From the NCBI GenBank assembly GCA_964655465.1, contig CAZZND010000001.1, positions 1 through 54,452 of the forward strand: a DNA stretch of 54,452 nucleotides, given 5' to 3'. The notes beneath the pieces are model-generated. The model saw nothing but the letters and a program-made list of their open reading frames with translations, was not told the origin of the DNA and ran no database searches. Below, one piece after another: positions 9,097 to 17,735 of the stretch. This DNA comes from an uncultured Actinomycetes bacterium. GTDB taxonomy: Bacteria > Actinomycetota > UBA4738 > HRBIN12. Each line of letters begins with the position of its first letter. Positions within the stretch are counted from its first letter, which is position 1. The position numbers and the translations under genes are program-made.

Positions 9097-10466
9097 CGAC
9101 GAGCACCGTGCGACCACCTGTGACGCACGACGTCGTTCCGAACGTGCGGACGGACCTGCCCGGCCCGAAGAGCCGGGAGGTCCTCGCGCGCCTCGATGAC
9201 GTGCTCTACGCGGGGCTGGTCCACGAGCTCGGACCGTTCGTCATCACCCGCAAGCACGGGTCAACGGTCGAGGACATCGACGGCAACGTGTTCCTCGACC
9301 TGCTCTCGGCGATGGCGTCCGTCCCGCTCGGCGCCGGTCACGAGCGGATCATGGAGGCGGCGCTCGAGGCCCACCGCCGCTTCGGCCTCGAGGACGCGCA
9401 CTTCTACGCGCACGAGCACATGCTGCCACTGTCCGAGAAGCTGCTGGCGGTGGCGCCCGAGGGGTTGGCGCGCGTCGACATCGCGCTGAACGGGACCGAA
9501 GCTGTCGAGACCATGGTGCGCTTCATGCGTCGCGCGACCGGCCGCCCGATCGTGATCGGCTTCATGGGCGGTTACCACGGCGAGGCAGGGACCGCGGGGG
9601 CGCTCAGCGCCGAGACGAGCGACCTGTCGACGGGGTACCGAGCGCTGATGCCCGGGTTCGCCCACGTGCCATACCCCAACCCGTACAGGACCCCGTTCGA
9701 GCCGCGCTCGGGCGGGACCGGCGACGGCACGATCGACTACCTGCGCGACCACGTGTTGTTCCACGCGATCGACGCGAGTGAGGTGGCGGGCGTGGTGATC
9801 GAGCCCGTGCTCGGCTCCGGCGGGTGCGTGGCGCCCCCGGTCGCGTTCTGGCCTGCGCTCCGCGAGCTCTGCGATGAGCACGGCTGGCTGCTGGGTGTCG
9901 ACGAGGTGAAGTCCGGCTACGGCCGGAGCGGTGCGATGTTCGCGATCGAGCGGAGCGGGGTGCGACCCGACCTGATGGCGCTCGGCAAAGCGATGGGCGG
10001 CGGCGTGATGCCGATCGGCGCCGTGCTCGGCACCGATCGAGCCATGGGCTTCGATGACCTCTCGACGGGGTCGACCTGGTCGTGGTTCCCGGCCTCCTGC
10101 GCGGCCGCGCTCGAGACGCTCGCGATCTTCGAGGAAGAGGACATCCTCGGCAACGTGGCGGCGCTCGAAGCGATCGGCGCCGAGGCGCTCGGGGGGCTGA
10201 TGGCGCGTCACACGTCGATCGGCGACGTGCGCGCGATCGGCGGCTTCCAGGCGATCGAGTTCGTCAAGGACCGCGTGACCGAAGAGCGCGATCTGGATCT
10301 TCAGGAGGCGGTCGCGTGGGCGATGGCAGGGCGAGGGGTGCTGGCGGACTCGTCGACGACCTCGCTGAACATCCAACCGTCACTCGTGCTCGCGCCTGAC
10401 GCCCTTCGTCGCGCGTACGCGATCGTGGGCGAGGCCATCGACGAGGCGGAGCGCGACGCCCGCTGA
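9093..10466 (+). CDS. Class-III (omega) aminotransferase, paralog 1
   Basis: GTG at 9093 overlaps the upstream stop (ATGTGA). It has the LPGPKS N-terminal block, DEVKSGYGRSGAMFA, and the PLP-lysine block LGKAMGGG. Confidence 0.85.
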   Translation: MTTSTVRPPVTHDVVPNVRTDLPGPKSREVLARLDDVLYAGLVHELGPFVITRKHGSTVEDIDGNVFLDLLSAMASVPLGAGHERIMEAALEAHRRFGLEDAHFYAHEHMLPLSEKLLAVAPEGLARVDIALNGTEAVETMVRFMRRATGRPIVIGFMGGYHGEAGTAGALSAETSDLSTGYRALMPGFAHVPYPNPYRTPFEPRSGGTGDGTIDYLRDHVLFHAIDASEVAGVVIEPVLGSGGCVAPPVAFWPALRELCDEHGWLLGVDEVKSGYGRSGAMFAIERSGVRPDLMALGKAMGGGVMPIGAVLGTDRAMGFDDLSTGSTWSWFPASCAAALETLAIFEEEDILGNVAALEAIGAEALGGLMARHTSIGDVRAIGGFQAIEFVKDRVTEERDLDLQEAVAWAMAGRGVLADSSTTSLNIQPSLVLAPDALRRAYAIVGEAIDEAERDAR

Positions 10467-11578
10467 TGCGCGACGACGAGGCTCTCGCCTGGGCGGGCGA
10501 CGAACTGCTGGCGCTCGTCGGCATCGGGTCGACCAGTGGGCACGAGCACGCGGCCGTCCACCATCTCGAGGAGCGCTGCGCGGCCTGGGGGCTGCCGGCG
10601 CGTCGCCTCCCCGTCGGGAGCGCTGCCGACGACCTGGTGATCGGATGGGCGGCCGAGCCGCGGCTCCTGCTGACCGCGCACATCGACACGATCGTGCCCG
10701 AGTGGGAGTGGACGGCGGCGCGCGAGGGCGACCGGGTGCGCGGGGTCGGCGCGGGCGACGACAAGGGCTCGATCGTGGCATCCGCGCTCGGCATGGTGCT
10801 TGCACGGGAGCAGGGGATCTCGCTCGAGGACCTGCCCGTCGCGCTCGGTGTGTGTACCGATGAGGAGCTCACCGGTCTCGGGTCGATCGCGATGGCGACG
10901 GCCTTGCGCCCCGAGTTCGTCGTCGCGGGCGAGCCGTCGCGGCTCCGGATCGGTGTCGCCGAGGCCGGGTTCGTCGACGCCCGATACCGCGTGCTCGGCC
11001 GTTCGGTGCACGGCTCGTTCCCCGAGCTCGGCGACAACGCCATCGAGAAGATGGCACGGATGATCGTGGCCGTGCACGAGGAGCCGTTCGCGCAGGTCAC
11101 CCACCCGCTGCTCGGCCGCAACGTCCCCGGCGCCCTGCAGATCGAGGGAGGCGGTGACCTCCACGTGATCCCCGGCCGCGCCTCCACTCGGATCGAGGTC
11201 CGGGTGGTCCCCGGCGGCCCCTCGGCGACCGAGATCGAAGCGAGGATGCGGCAGATCGCCGCCGACCATGACGCCGAGGTCGAGCTCGTGGAGCCGAGCG
11301 TCGAGCCGTTCGAGACCGACCCGGGCGGCCCGCTCGTCCACGCGCTGCAGGATGCGGTCGAGGTGGTGTGCGGGTCTCGCGCCGAGGAGATCGGGGTCCC
11401 GGCGTGGACGGACGCACACAACTTCGTCGACCTCGCGGGTGCTCAGGCGGTCGTGTGGGGACCGGGCGACTTCGAGCTTGCGCACGACGCCGACGAGGCG
11501 ATCGATCTGCACCAGGTAGTCACGGCGGCACGCGTCGTCGAACGGCTGCTGACCGACGCGAAGGGGTGGCTCTCGTGA
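10466..11578 (+). CDS. M20-family amidohydrolase/peptidase (ArgE/DapE-like), paralog 1
   Basis: 370-aa ORF with start ATG overlapping the upstream TGA. Metal-binding blocks LLLTAHIDTIVP and GAGDDKGS, then AWTDAHNF near the C-terminus. Confidence 0.85.
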   Translation: MRDDEALAWAGDELLALVGIGSTSGHEHAAVHHLEERCAAWGLPARRLPVGSAADDLVIGWAAEPRLLLTAHIDTIVPEWEWTAAREGDRVRGVGAGDDKGSIVASALGMVLAREQGISLEDLPVALGVCTDEELTGLGSIAMATALRPEFVVAGEPSRLRIGVAEAGFVDARYRVLGRSVHGSFPELGDNAIEKMARMIVAVHEEPFAQVTHPLLGRNVPGALQIEGGGDLHVIPGRASTRIEVRVVPGGPSATEIEARMRQIAADHDAEVELVEPSVEPFETDPGGPLVHALQDAVEVVCGSRAEEIGVPAWTDAHNFVDLAGAQAVVWGPGDFELAHDADEAIDLHQVVTAARVVERLLTDAKGWLS

Positions 11579-13161
11579 CCGCGGACGCGGTGGTCGTCGG
11601 GGCCGGGCACAACGGCCTCGTCACGGCGTTCTACCTGGCGCGCGCCGGTCTGAAGACCGTCGTGCTCGAACGGCGCGACGTCGTCGGGGGCGCCTGCGTC
11701 ACCGAGGAGTTCGCGCCGGGATCCCGGGCTTCGCCCGGCGCCTACGTCTTGTCGATGCTGCGTCCCGCCGTCTGGAGGGACATGCGTCTGGCCGAACGTG
11801 GGCTCCGTGTGGTGCCGGGCGGCCCCTCGCTCAACGTGTTCCCTGACGGGTCGTCGTTCACGCTGCACGCCGACACACACGCCGCGGTCGACGAGATCGA
11901 ACGGCTCGACCCCCGAGACGCCCGTGCGTTCCCCGCCTACGAGCGGCGGCTCCAGCAGGTCGCGCAGATGCTGCTGCCTCTCATCGACCGCGCGCCGTTC
12001 GATCCCCGCGTCCGCCGTCCGAGGGACCTCCGCGAGCTCCTCCACCTCGCCGGCATGGCCTGGCGGCATCGGGGGGAACTAGCCGACGCCGCGTTCCTGT
12101 TCTCGACGTCGGCGCGGCAGTACCTCGACGAGCATTTCCGGAGCGAGGAGCTCAAGGCGGCGCTCGGGTGGGAATCGATCAGCAACACGCTCGCCGGACC
12201 GTCGACGCCGGGTACCGCGTACGGTTTGCTGCACGAGGCCGCGTCAGGCGGGTCGGGCGGCGGTATCGGCTGGGGATTCGTCGATGGCGGCATGGGCGAG
12301 GTGACTCGTCTGATGGCCGAGGCGGCAGGCGAGGCCGGTGCTGTGATCCGCACCGGCGCCTCTGTCGCGCGCGTCCGCATCCAGCGCGGCCGAGCCAACG
12401 GGGTGGTGCTCGCCGACGGCCAGGAGATCGCGGCCGCCCGGGTGGTGTCCAACGCTGACCCGCGGCGCACGTTCGGGCTCGTGGACGCCGAGCACCTCCC
12501 CGAGTCGTTCGTGGCCTCCCTCGGTGCCTACAAGATCCGCGGCGCGAGCCTCAAGATCAACCTGGCCGTTGCCGAGCTGCCACGCCTGCGTGGTGACCGC
12601 AGCACCGAGGTACAGCCGTACCACCGCGGGCTCATCCAGGTCACGAAAACCCTGGGTGAGATGGATGCCGATCAGGCGATGGCCCGCGCCGGCACGCCGG
12701 CGGAGCGTCCGCACCTCGAAGTCTGCTTCCCGTCGGTCCACGACCCGTCGCTCGCGCCCGAGGGGCGACACGTGGTCACCGTCGGCGCTCGCTCGCAGCC
12801 CTATGACCTTCGCGGTACGACGTGGGACGAGCTGCGCGAGGTGGTCGCGGACCGGGTGATCGCCCAGCTCGGCGAGGTGTTCCCCGACCTGCCCGGCGCG
12901 GTCCTGCACAGCGAGGTGCTCTCGCCACTCGACCTCGAGCGCAGGCTCGCCCTCACCGGCGGGCACCACCTGCACGGCGACATGTCGCCCGATCAGCTGT
13001 ACTTCCTGCGGCCCGTCCGTGGGTACGCCGACTACCGCACGCCGGTGCCGGGGCTCTACCTCTGCGGCGCCGGCACCCATCCCGGCGGTGGTGTGACCGG
13101 GGCCAATGGCCGCAACGCCGCGGCCGTCATCCTCCGAGACGCCCGGAAAGGACGACGTTGA
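11575..13161 (+). CDS. NAD(P)/FAD-dependent oxidoreductase, CrtI/PYROXD2-like, paralog 2
   Basis: GTG at 11575 overlaps the upstream stop (GTGA). It has DAVVVGAGHNGLVTAFYLARAGLKTVVLERRDVVGGAC and is collinear along its whole length with the 6051-7691 product, sharing the same C-terminal LYLCGAGTHPGGGVTGANGRNA. Confidence 0.85.
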   Translation: MTADAVVVGAGHNGLVTAFYLARAGLKTVVLERRDVVGGACVTEEFAPGSRASPGAYVLSMLRPAVWRDMRLAERGLRVVPGGPSLNVFPDGSSFTLHADTHAAVDEIERLDPRDARAFPAYERRLQQVAQMLLPLIDRAPFDPRVRRPRDLRELLHLAGMAWRHRGELADAAFLFSTSARQYLDEHFRSEELKAALGWESISNTLAGPSTPGTAYGLLHEAASGGSGGGIGWGFVDGGMGEVTRLMAEAAGEAGAVIRTGASVARVRIQRGRANGVVLADGQEIAAARVVSNADPRRTFGLVDAEHLPESFVASLGAYKIRGASLKINLAVAELPRLRGDRSTEVQPYHRGLIQVTKTLGEMDADQAMARAGTPAERPHLEVCFPSVHDPSLAPEGRHVVTVGARSQPYDLRGTTWDELREVVADRVIAQLGEVFPDLPGAVLHSEVLSPLDLERRLALTGGHHLHGDMSPDQLYFLRPVRGYADYRTPVPGLYLCGAGTHPGGGVTGANGRNAAAVILRDARKGRR

Positions 13162-13994
13162 TGCTCGACCGTTTCGCGGAGTTCGCCGACGGGCTCGATC
13201 ACCCCGAAGGCGTCACCTGGAACCCTTTCGACGGGCACGTCTGGGCCGGCGGAGAAGGCGGCGAGCTCTATCGCGTGTCGCTGGACGGCGACGTTGAGCT
13301 CGTCGGCGCCACCGGGGGCTCGATGCTGGGCGTCACCGTGGACGGATCGGGGCGGGTCTATGCGTGCGACGCCGGCAAGGGCGAGATCGCCCGCCTCGAT
13401 CCGTCGACCGGCACGATCGAGACCTACGCGCGGGGCGTCGACGGCGCCGAGATGGCCGAGCCCAACGTCGCGGCCTTCGGGCCCGACGGGTCCCTGTACG
13501 TGACGTGCTCCGGCGAGGAGCGGACCGAGATCGTGCGGATCGCGCCCGGCGGCCGGACCGAGGTCTGGACCGAGGAGCTCACCGCCTACCCGAACGGGAT
13601 GGTCGTCCTGCCCGACGCGTCCGCGGTGCTCGTGATCGAGGCGAAGGCCGAGCGGGTCGCCCGCATCCCGATCCTCCCCGACGGGTCCGCCGGGCCGGCG
13701 ACGACCTTCGCGGCGCTTCCGGACACCGACGCTGACGGTCTGGCGCTCGACGAGGACGGTTTCGTGTGGGCCACGCTGTACCGGCCTGACGGCCTCGTTC
13801 GGCTATCCCCGGAGGGCGATGAGGTGCTCCGGATCGACGATCACCTGGCGAGCATCATGGACGCCCCCACCAACCTCGCGTTCGTGGGCGCGGACCTCGG
13901 CCGAGTGGTCGTGGCCAACGTCGGGGGACGCCACCTCCTCTCGGCCGATCTCGGTGTCCGAGGACAACCACTTCACTACCCGGAGGTGCCCTGA
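13161..13994 (+). CDS. SMP-30/gluconolactonase/LRE-like beta-propeller protein
   Basis: ATG at 13161 overlaps the upstream TGA. It reads MLDRFAEFADGLDHPEGVTWNP..., with repeated propeller-like segments (GRVYACD, GSLYVTC, PNGMVVLPD, DGLALDEDGFVWA). Confidence 0.75.
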   Translation: MLDRFAEFADGLDHPEGVTWNPFDGHVWAGGEGGELYRVSLDGDVELVGATGGSMLGVTVDGSGRVYACDAGKGEIARLDPSTGTIETYARGVDGAEMAEPNVAAFGPDGSLYVTCSGEERTEIVRIAPGGRTEVWTEELTAYPNGMVVLPDASAVLVIEAKAERVARIPILPDGSAGPATTFAALPDTDADGLALDEDGFVWATLYRPDGLVRLSPEGDEVLRIDDHLASIMDAPTNLAFVGADLGRVVVANVGGRHLLSADLGVRGQPLHYPEVP

Positions 13995-14791
13995 TGCGGT
14001 TCGATGGGAAGAACGTGATCGTGACCGGTGCGGCGCAAGGGATCGGCCGCGGCATCGTACAGGCCTTCCTGGACGAAGGCGCGCAGGTCCTCGCCGCCGA
14101 CGTTCGTGCCGACGGGCTGGGAGGCACGGTCGCGCTTGCGCCCGAACGCGTGCGTGCGCACGTGGTCGACCTCTCCGATTTCGATGCCGCTCGCGGCGTC
14201 GTGCCCGCGGCGTTGGGAGCGTTCGGCCGCGTGCACGTGCTGGTCAACTGCGCCGGGGTGATGCCCGGCGGTCCGCTCGTCGACGTCACGCAGGGGACCT
14301 TCGACCTGACGTTCGCGGTCAACGCACGCGCGCCGATGGCCACGATGCAGGCGATCGTCCCGCACTTCGCGGAGCACGGCGGCGGTGCGATCGTGAACAT
14401 CGCGTCGGCGAACGCCTTCAAGAACGAATCGCCCGAGGCGCCCTACAACGCCTCGAAGGCGGCGCTGGTCGCCCTCACCAAGGCTGCCGCGCATGAATGG
14501 GGCCACCTCGGGGTCCGGGCGAACTGCGTCGCGCCGGGACAAACCGTGACCCCCGAGGAAGAGGCTGAGATCGCGAACGATCCCGACGAGGCGCGGTTGC
14601 AGCGTGAGTACCTCCGCAAGATCCCCCTCCGTCGCGCCGGGGTGCCTCGCGATCAGGCCATGGCCGTGCTGTTCCTGGCGTCGGAGGACGCTGCATGGAT
14701 CAGCGGACAGACGCTGATCGTCGACGGCGGCGAGCTGGGCGGGGGGGACTGGTACGACGCGGCCGACGCGCCTCCCATCCCGGGTCGATGA
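13994..14791 (+). CDS. SDR-family oxidoreductase
   Basis: 265-aa ORF. It has TGAAQGIGRG (TGxxxGxG), NCAG, and the YNASKAA catalytic Tyr-x3-Lys. Confidence 0.9.
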   Translation: MRFDGKNVIVTGAAQGIGRGIVQAFLDEGAQVLAADVRADGLGGTVALAPERVRAHVVDLSDFDAARGVVPAALGAFGRVHVLVNCAGVMPGGPLVDVTQGTFDLTFAVNARAPMATMQAIVPHFAEHGGGAIVNIASANAFKNESPEAPYNASKAALVALTKAAAHEWGHLGVRANCVAPGQTVTPEEEAEIANDPDEARLQREYLRKIPLRRAGVPRDQAMAVLFLASEDAAWISGQTLIVDGGELGGGDWYDAADAPPIPGR

Positions 14792-14802
14792 GTCGGGGGT
14801 GC

Positions 14803-14829
14803 GCTGACTGTCGACCGTTGACAAGATCT
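14803..14829 (+). promoter_or_regulatory. Phased GTNNAC operator array (site 2) with promoter, upstream of the binding-protein operon
   Basis: GCTGAC-T-GTCGAC-C-GTTGAC-A-AGATCT, four hexamers with 7-bp period. TTGACA at 14818-14823 is a possible -35, with a TAGCGT -10-like box ~19 nt downstream. Confidence 0.55.
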
Positions 14830-14879
14830 GAGCCCCGGGCATAGCGTCCCGAGAGGAAAGGATCTAGGGGGAGGGATCC

Positions 14880-15965
14880 ATGTCCGCTCGTCGTGTGGTG
14901 GCCATCCTGAGCGTGCTGATCGTGGTCGGCGCGGCGTGTTCGTCCGATCCGACCTCGGCGCCGGCTTCAGGAGGGGGCTCCCCCGGCCCCGTCCAGGGCA
15001 CCGTCACCCTGTTCGGCTACGAGGACAACTTCGTCCCCGAGGTGATCGACCCCTTCTTCGCGGCCTACCCCGACCTCGAGGTGCGAACGGCCGTCTTCAG
15101 CAGCAACGACGAGGCCGTGACGAAGCTCCAGAACGGGTTCCAGGCCGACGTGATCAACGTGTGCACCGAGGAGACCGGTCGCATGATCGACCTCGGACTG
15201 CTGCAGCCGATCGACACGTCGCGCATCGAAGGCTGGGAGACCGTGTTCCCGGCGCTCAAGGACCAGCCAGGCGTGGTCAGCGACGGCCAGGTCTACATGA
15301 TCCCCAACGTGGGCGGGACCTCGGGCGTGATCTACAACCCCGAGGCCGTGCCGCAGGGCATCGATTCCTACCGCGACCTGTTCGAAGACCCCTCCCTCGC
15401 CGGCAAGGTGACGTTGGAGGACTCGGCGGCCACCGTGATCGCGATCGGCGCGCTGGCCCTCGGGCACACCGATCCTTTCAACCTGACCGAAGAGGAGATC
15501 GCCGAGATCCGCGACTACCTCATCGCGCACAAGTCGCAGATCCGCGCGTTGTTCAAGGGCGACGCGGACTTCCTGAACCTCTACCGGTCGGGCGAGATCG
15601 TGGCCGGCTTCGGCTACCACGACTACCGGGCCGCGATGACACGGGAAGGGTTCCCGGTCGAGTTCGTGCCCGCCGAGGGCTCGCTCGCGTGGATCTGCGG
15701 CGTGGGTCTGTCCTCGACCACTCGGAACGTCGATGCGGCCTACGCGGCGATGAACTACTACGTGTCGCCGACCCCGCAGAAGTTCTACGCCGAGTCCTAC
15801 ACCTATCTGGTCTCGGACCAGCGCACGCTCGACGAGCTCGATCCCGCACTCGTAGCGGAGCTTGGCCTCGACGACCCCACACAGCTCGAGGCGGCGATCG
15901 CGCTGCAGCTGCCCGAGAACTACGACCTGTGGCTCGAGGCCTTCCGCGACTTCAAGTCCGCCTGA
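14880..15965 (+). CDS. ABC transporter substrate-binding lipoprotein, PotD/PotF (polyamine-type) family, paralog 1
   Basis: 361-aa ORF preceded by the RBS GGGGGAGGG. The signal peptide ends VVGAACSS. It is collinear with the other three SBPs (FGYEDNF...EVIDPF...YPDLEV...AVFSSNDEA..KLQ.GF.ADV). Confidence 0.9.
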   Translation: MSARRVVAILSVLIVVGAACSSDPTSAPASGGGSPGPVQGTVTLFGYEDNFVPEVIDPFFAAYPDLEVRTAVFSSNDEAVTKLQNGFQADVINVCTEETGRMIDLGLLQPIDTSRIEGWETVFPALKDQPGVVSDGQVYMIPNVGGTSGVIYNPEAVPQGIDSYRDLFEDPSLAGKVTLEDSAATVIAIGALALGHTDPFNLTEEEIAEIRDYLIAHKSQIRALFKGDADFLNLYRSGEIVAGFGYHDYRAAMTREGFPVEFVPAEGSLAWICGVGLSSTTRNVDAAYAAMNYYVSPTPQKFYAESYTYLVSDQRTLDELDPALVAELGLDDPTQLEAAIALQLPENYDLWLEAFRDFKSA

Positions 15966-15987
15966 CGACATGAAAGGAGAGTTGCCC

Positions 15988-17085
15988 GTGTTCACCAAGC
16001 CCATCCGCACTCTCGCGGCGATCGCGGTCGTCGCGCTCGTCGCGGCGGCCTGTTCAAGCTCCAGCTCCAGCGCCCCGACCGGTGGCGGGACCGACTCGGG
16101 TGCTCCTGCAGAGCCATCCGGGACGTTGCGGGTCTTCGCCTTCGAAGACTCGATCATCCCCGAGGTCACCGAGCCGTTCCTCGAGCAGTACCCGAACGTC
16201 GAGCTCGAGACGGCGGCGTTCGGCTCCGGCGACGAAGCGCTCACCAAGCTCGAGTCCGGCTTCCAGACCGACGTGGTGGAGGTGTGCATCCGAGAGGTGC
16301 CCCGCTACACGGCCTCCGGCGTCCTCCTGCCCTTGGACGCGGCGCGGCTGGAGTCGTGGGAGTCGGTGTTCCCCGCGTTCAAGACCGGCGGCGAGCTCGA
16401 CGGCCAGACCTGGGTGGCGGTCGCGCAGGGAGGCCCCGCCGGGGTGGTGTGGAGCCCCGAGACCTTCCCGGCGGGCGTCACGTCGTACAGGCAGCTGTTC
16501 GAGGACCCGGCCTTGGCGGGCCGGGTCGCGATGGACTCCACGCCGTACTACATGATCGCGATCGGAGCCCTGGCGTTGGGGCAGGAGGATCCATACGACC
16601 TCACCCAAGAGGAGCTCGATCAGGTGACGCAGTACTTCATCGACCACAAGTCGCAGTTCCGCTCCTTCTACGAAGGTGACGCCGACTTCTTGAGCCTGTA
16701 CCGGAACGGCGAGATCGACGCGGCGGCGTCGTTCCCCGGCTACGAAGGCCAGTTGGCGAAGGACGGTCTCGAGATCGGCTTCAACTTCGCCGAGGAGGGG
16801 ACGCTGACCTGGATGTGCGGCATGGGGATCTCCGCCAACGCTGAGAACCCCGATGCCGCCTACGCCTGGGTGAACCACTTCCTGTCGACCGACATCCAGA
16901 AGTACTTCGCTGAGCAGTGGAACTACCTCGCCTCCAACGAGGAGACGCTCGCGGTCCTCGAGCAGGAGACGATCGAGAGCCTTCGGATGACCGATCCCGA
17001 GTGGCTGACACGGGCGATCCCGACGCAGATCCCGGCCAACTACGACGCGTGGCTCGACGCCGTGCGCCAGATCAAGTCGGCGTAA
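15988..17085 (+). CDS. ABC transporter substrate-binding lipoprotein, PotD/PotF family, paralog 2
   Basis: GTG at 15988 lies 7 nt after the strong RBS AAAGGAGAG (an alternative ATG at 15970 has no RBS). The signal peptide ends LVAAACSSSS and the overall architecture matches paralog 1. Confidence 0.85.
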   Translation: MFTKPIRTLAAIAVVALVAAACSSSSSSAPTGGGTDSGAPAEPSGTLRVFAFEDSIIPEVTEPFLEQYPNVELETAAFGSGDEALTKLESGFQTDVVEVCIREVPRYTASGVLLPLDAARLESWESVFPAFKTGGELDGQTWVAVAQGGPAGVVWSPETFPAGVTSYRQLFEDPALAGRVAMDSTPYYMIAIGALALGQEDPYDLTQEELDQVTQYFIDHKSQFRSFYEGDADFLSLYRNGEIDAAASFPGYEGQLAKDGLEIGFNFAEEGTLTWMCGMGISANAENPDAAYAWVNHFLSTDIQKYFAEQWNYLASNEETLAVLEQETIESLRMTDPEWLTRAIPTQIPANYDAWLDAVRQIKSA

Positions 17086-17116
17086 GAGTCGCGGGAAGGG
17101 GCGAAGAGGGAGCGCC

Positions 17117-17596
17117 ATGGGCGAGCTGCTGAGCCTTCGGAGCGTGCTCGATGAGACGGACGAACGGATCATCGAGGCTCTGAACCACGATGGGCGCCGC
17201 CCATTCACCCAGATCGCGCGTGAGCTCGGCGTGAACGAAGCGACGGTCCGACATCGCTATGCTCGCCTGGCGCGGCGTGGGGTCATCCAGGTCGTCGGGA
17301 TCTCCGACGCGCTGGCGCTCGGTCTCGTGTTCGCGGAGGTTGGGGTTCGCGTGCGAGGCGGTCCCGTGAGCCGTACGGTCGGCGCGCTCGTCGAGATCCC
17401 CGAGGTCGACTACGTGGCCGTGTGCACCGGCGCCTACGATCTCCTCATCGAGGTCGTGTGCATGGACAACGACCATCTCCTCCGAGTCCTCGACGAGGAG
17501 GTCCGGTCCGCGCCTGGCGTGGACTCGATCGACACCTTCACCATCCTGCAGGTGCCGAAGCACAGTTACGCTTGGACGAGCCTGCTGACCACGTAG
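17117..17596 (+). CDS. Lrp/AsnC-family transcriptional regulator
   Basis: 159-aa ORF. The N-terminal HTH is DERIIEALNHDGRRPFTQIARELGVNEATVRHRYARLARRGVI, and the C-terminal part is ASNC/RAM-like. Confidence 0.9.
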   Translation: MGELLSLRSVLDETDERIIEALNHDGRRPFTQIARELGVNEATVRHRYARLARRGVIQVVGISDALALGLVFAEVGVRVRGGPVSRTVGALVEIPEVDYVAVCTGAYDLLIEVVCMDNDHLLRVLDEEVRSAPGVDSIDTFTILQVPKHSYAWTSLLTT

Positions 17597-17698
17597 ATGA
17601 GGCGGCCGATCGCCGAAATCCGGCATGCGACGGTGTCGGCGATGCGGGTCTTCGGCGCATCGCTCCCTTGCCCACACCGGGGGTCGTGGCTAGCGTCA

Positions 17699-17725
17699 CG
17701 ATCGGCGGGATCAGCCCGCCGATCG
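17699..17725 (+). other. Perfect 11-bp GC-rich hairpin immediately upstream of the RBS of the M20 gene
   Basis: CGATCGGCGGG-ATCAG-CCCGCCGATCG is followed by TGAGGGAGCG and GTG at 17736. Confidence 0.6.
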
Positions 17726-17735
17726 TGAGGGAGCG

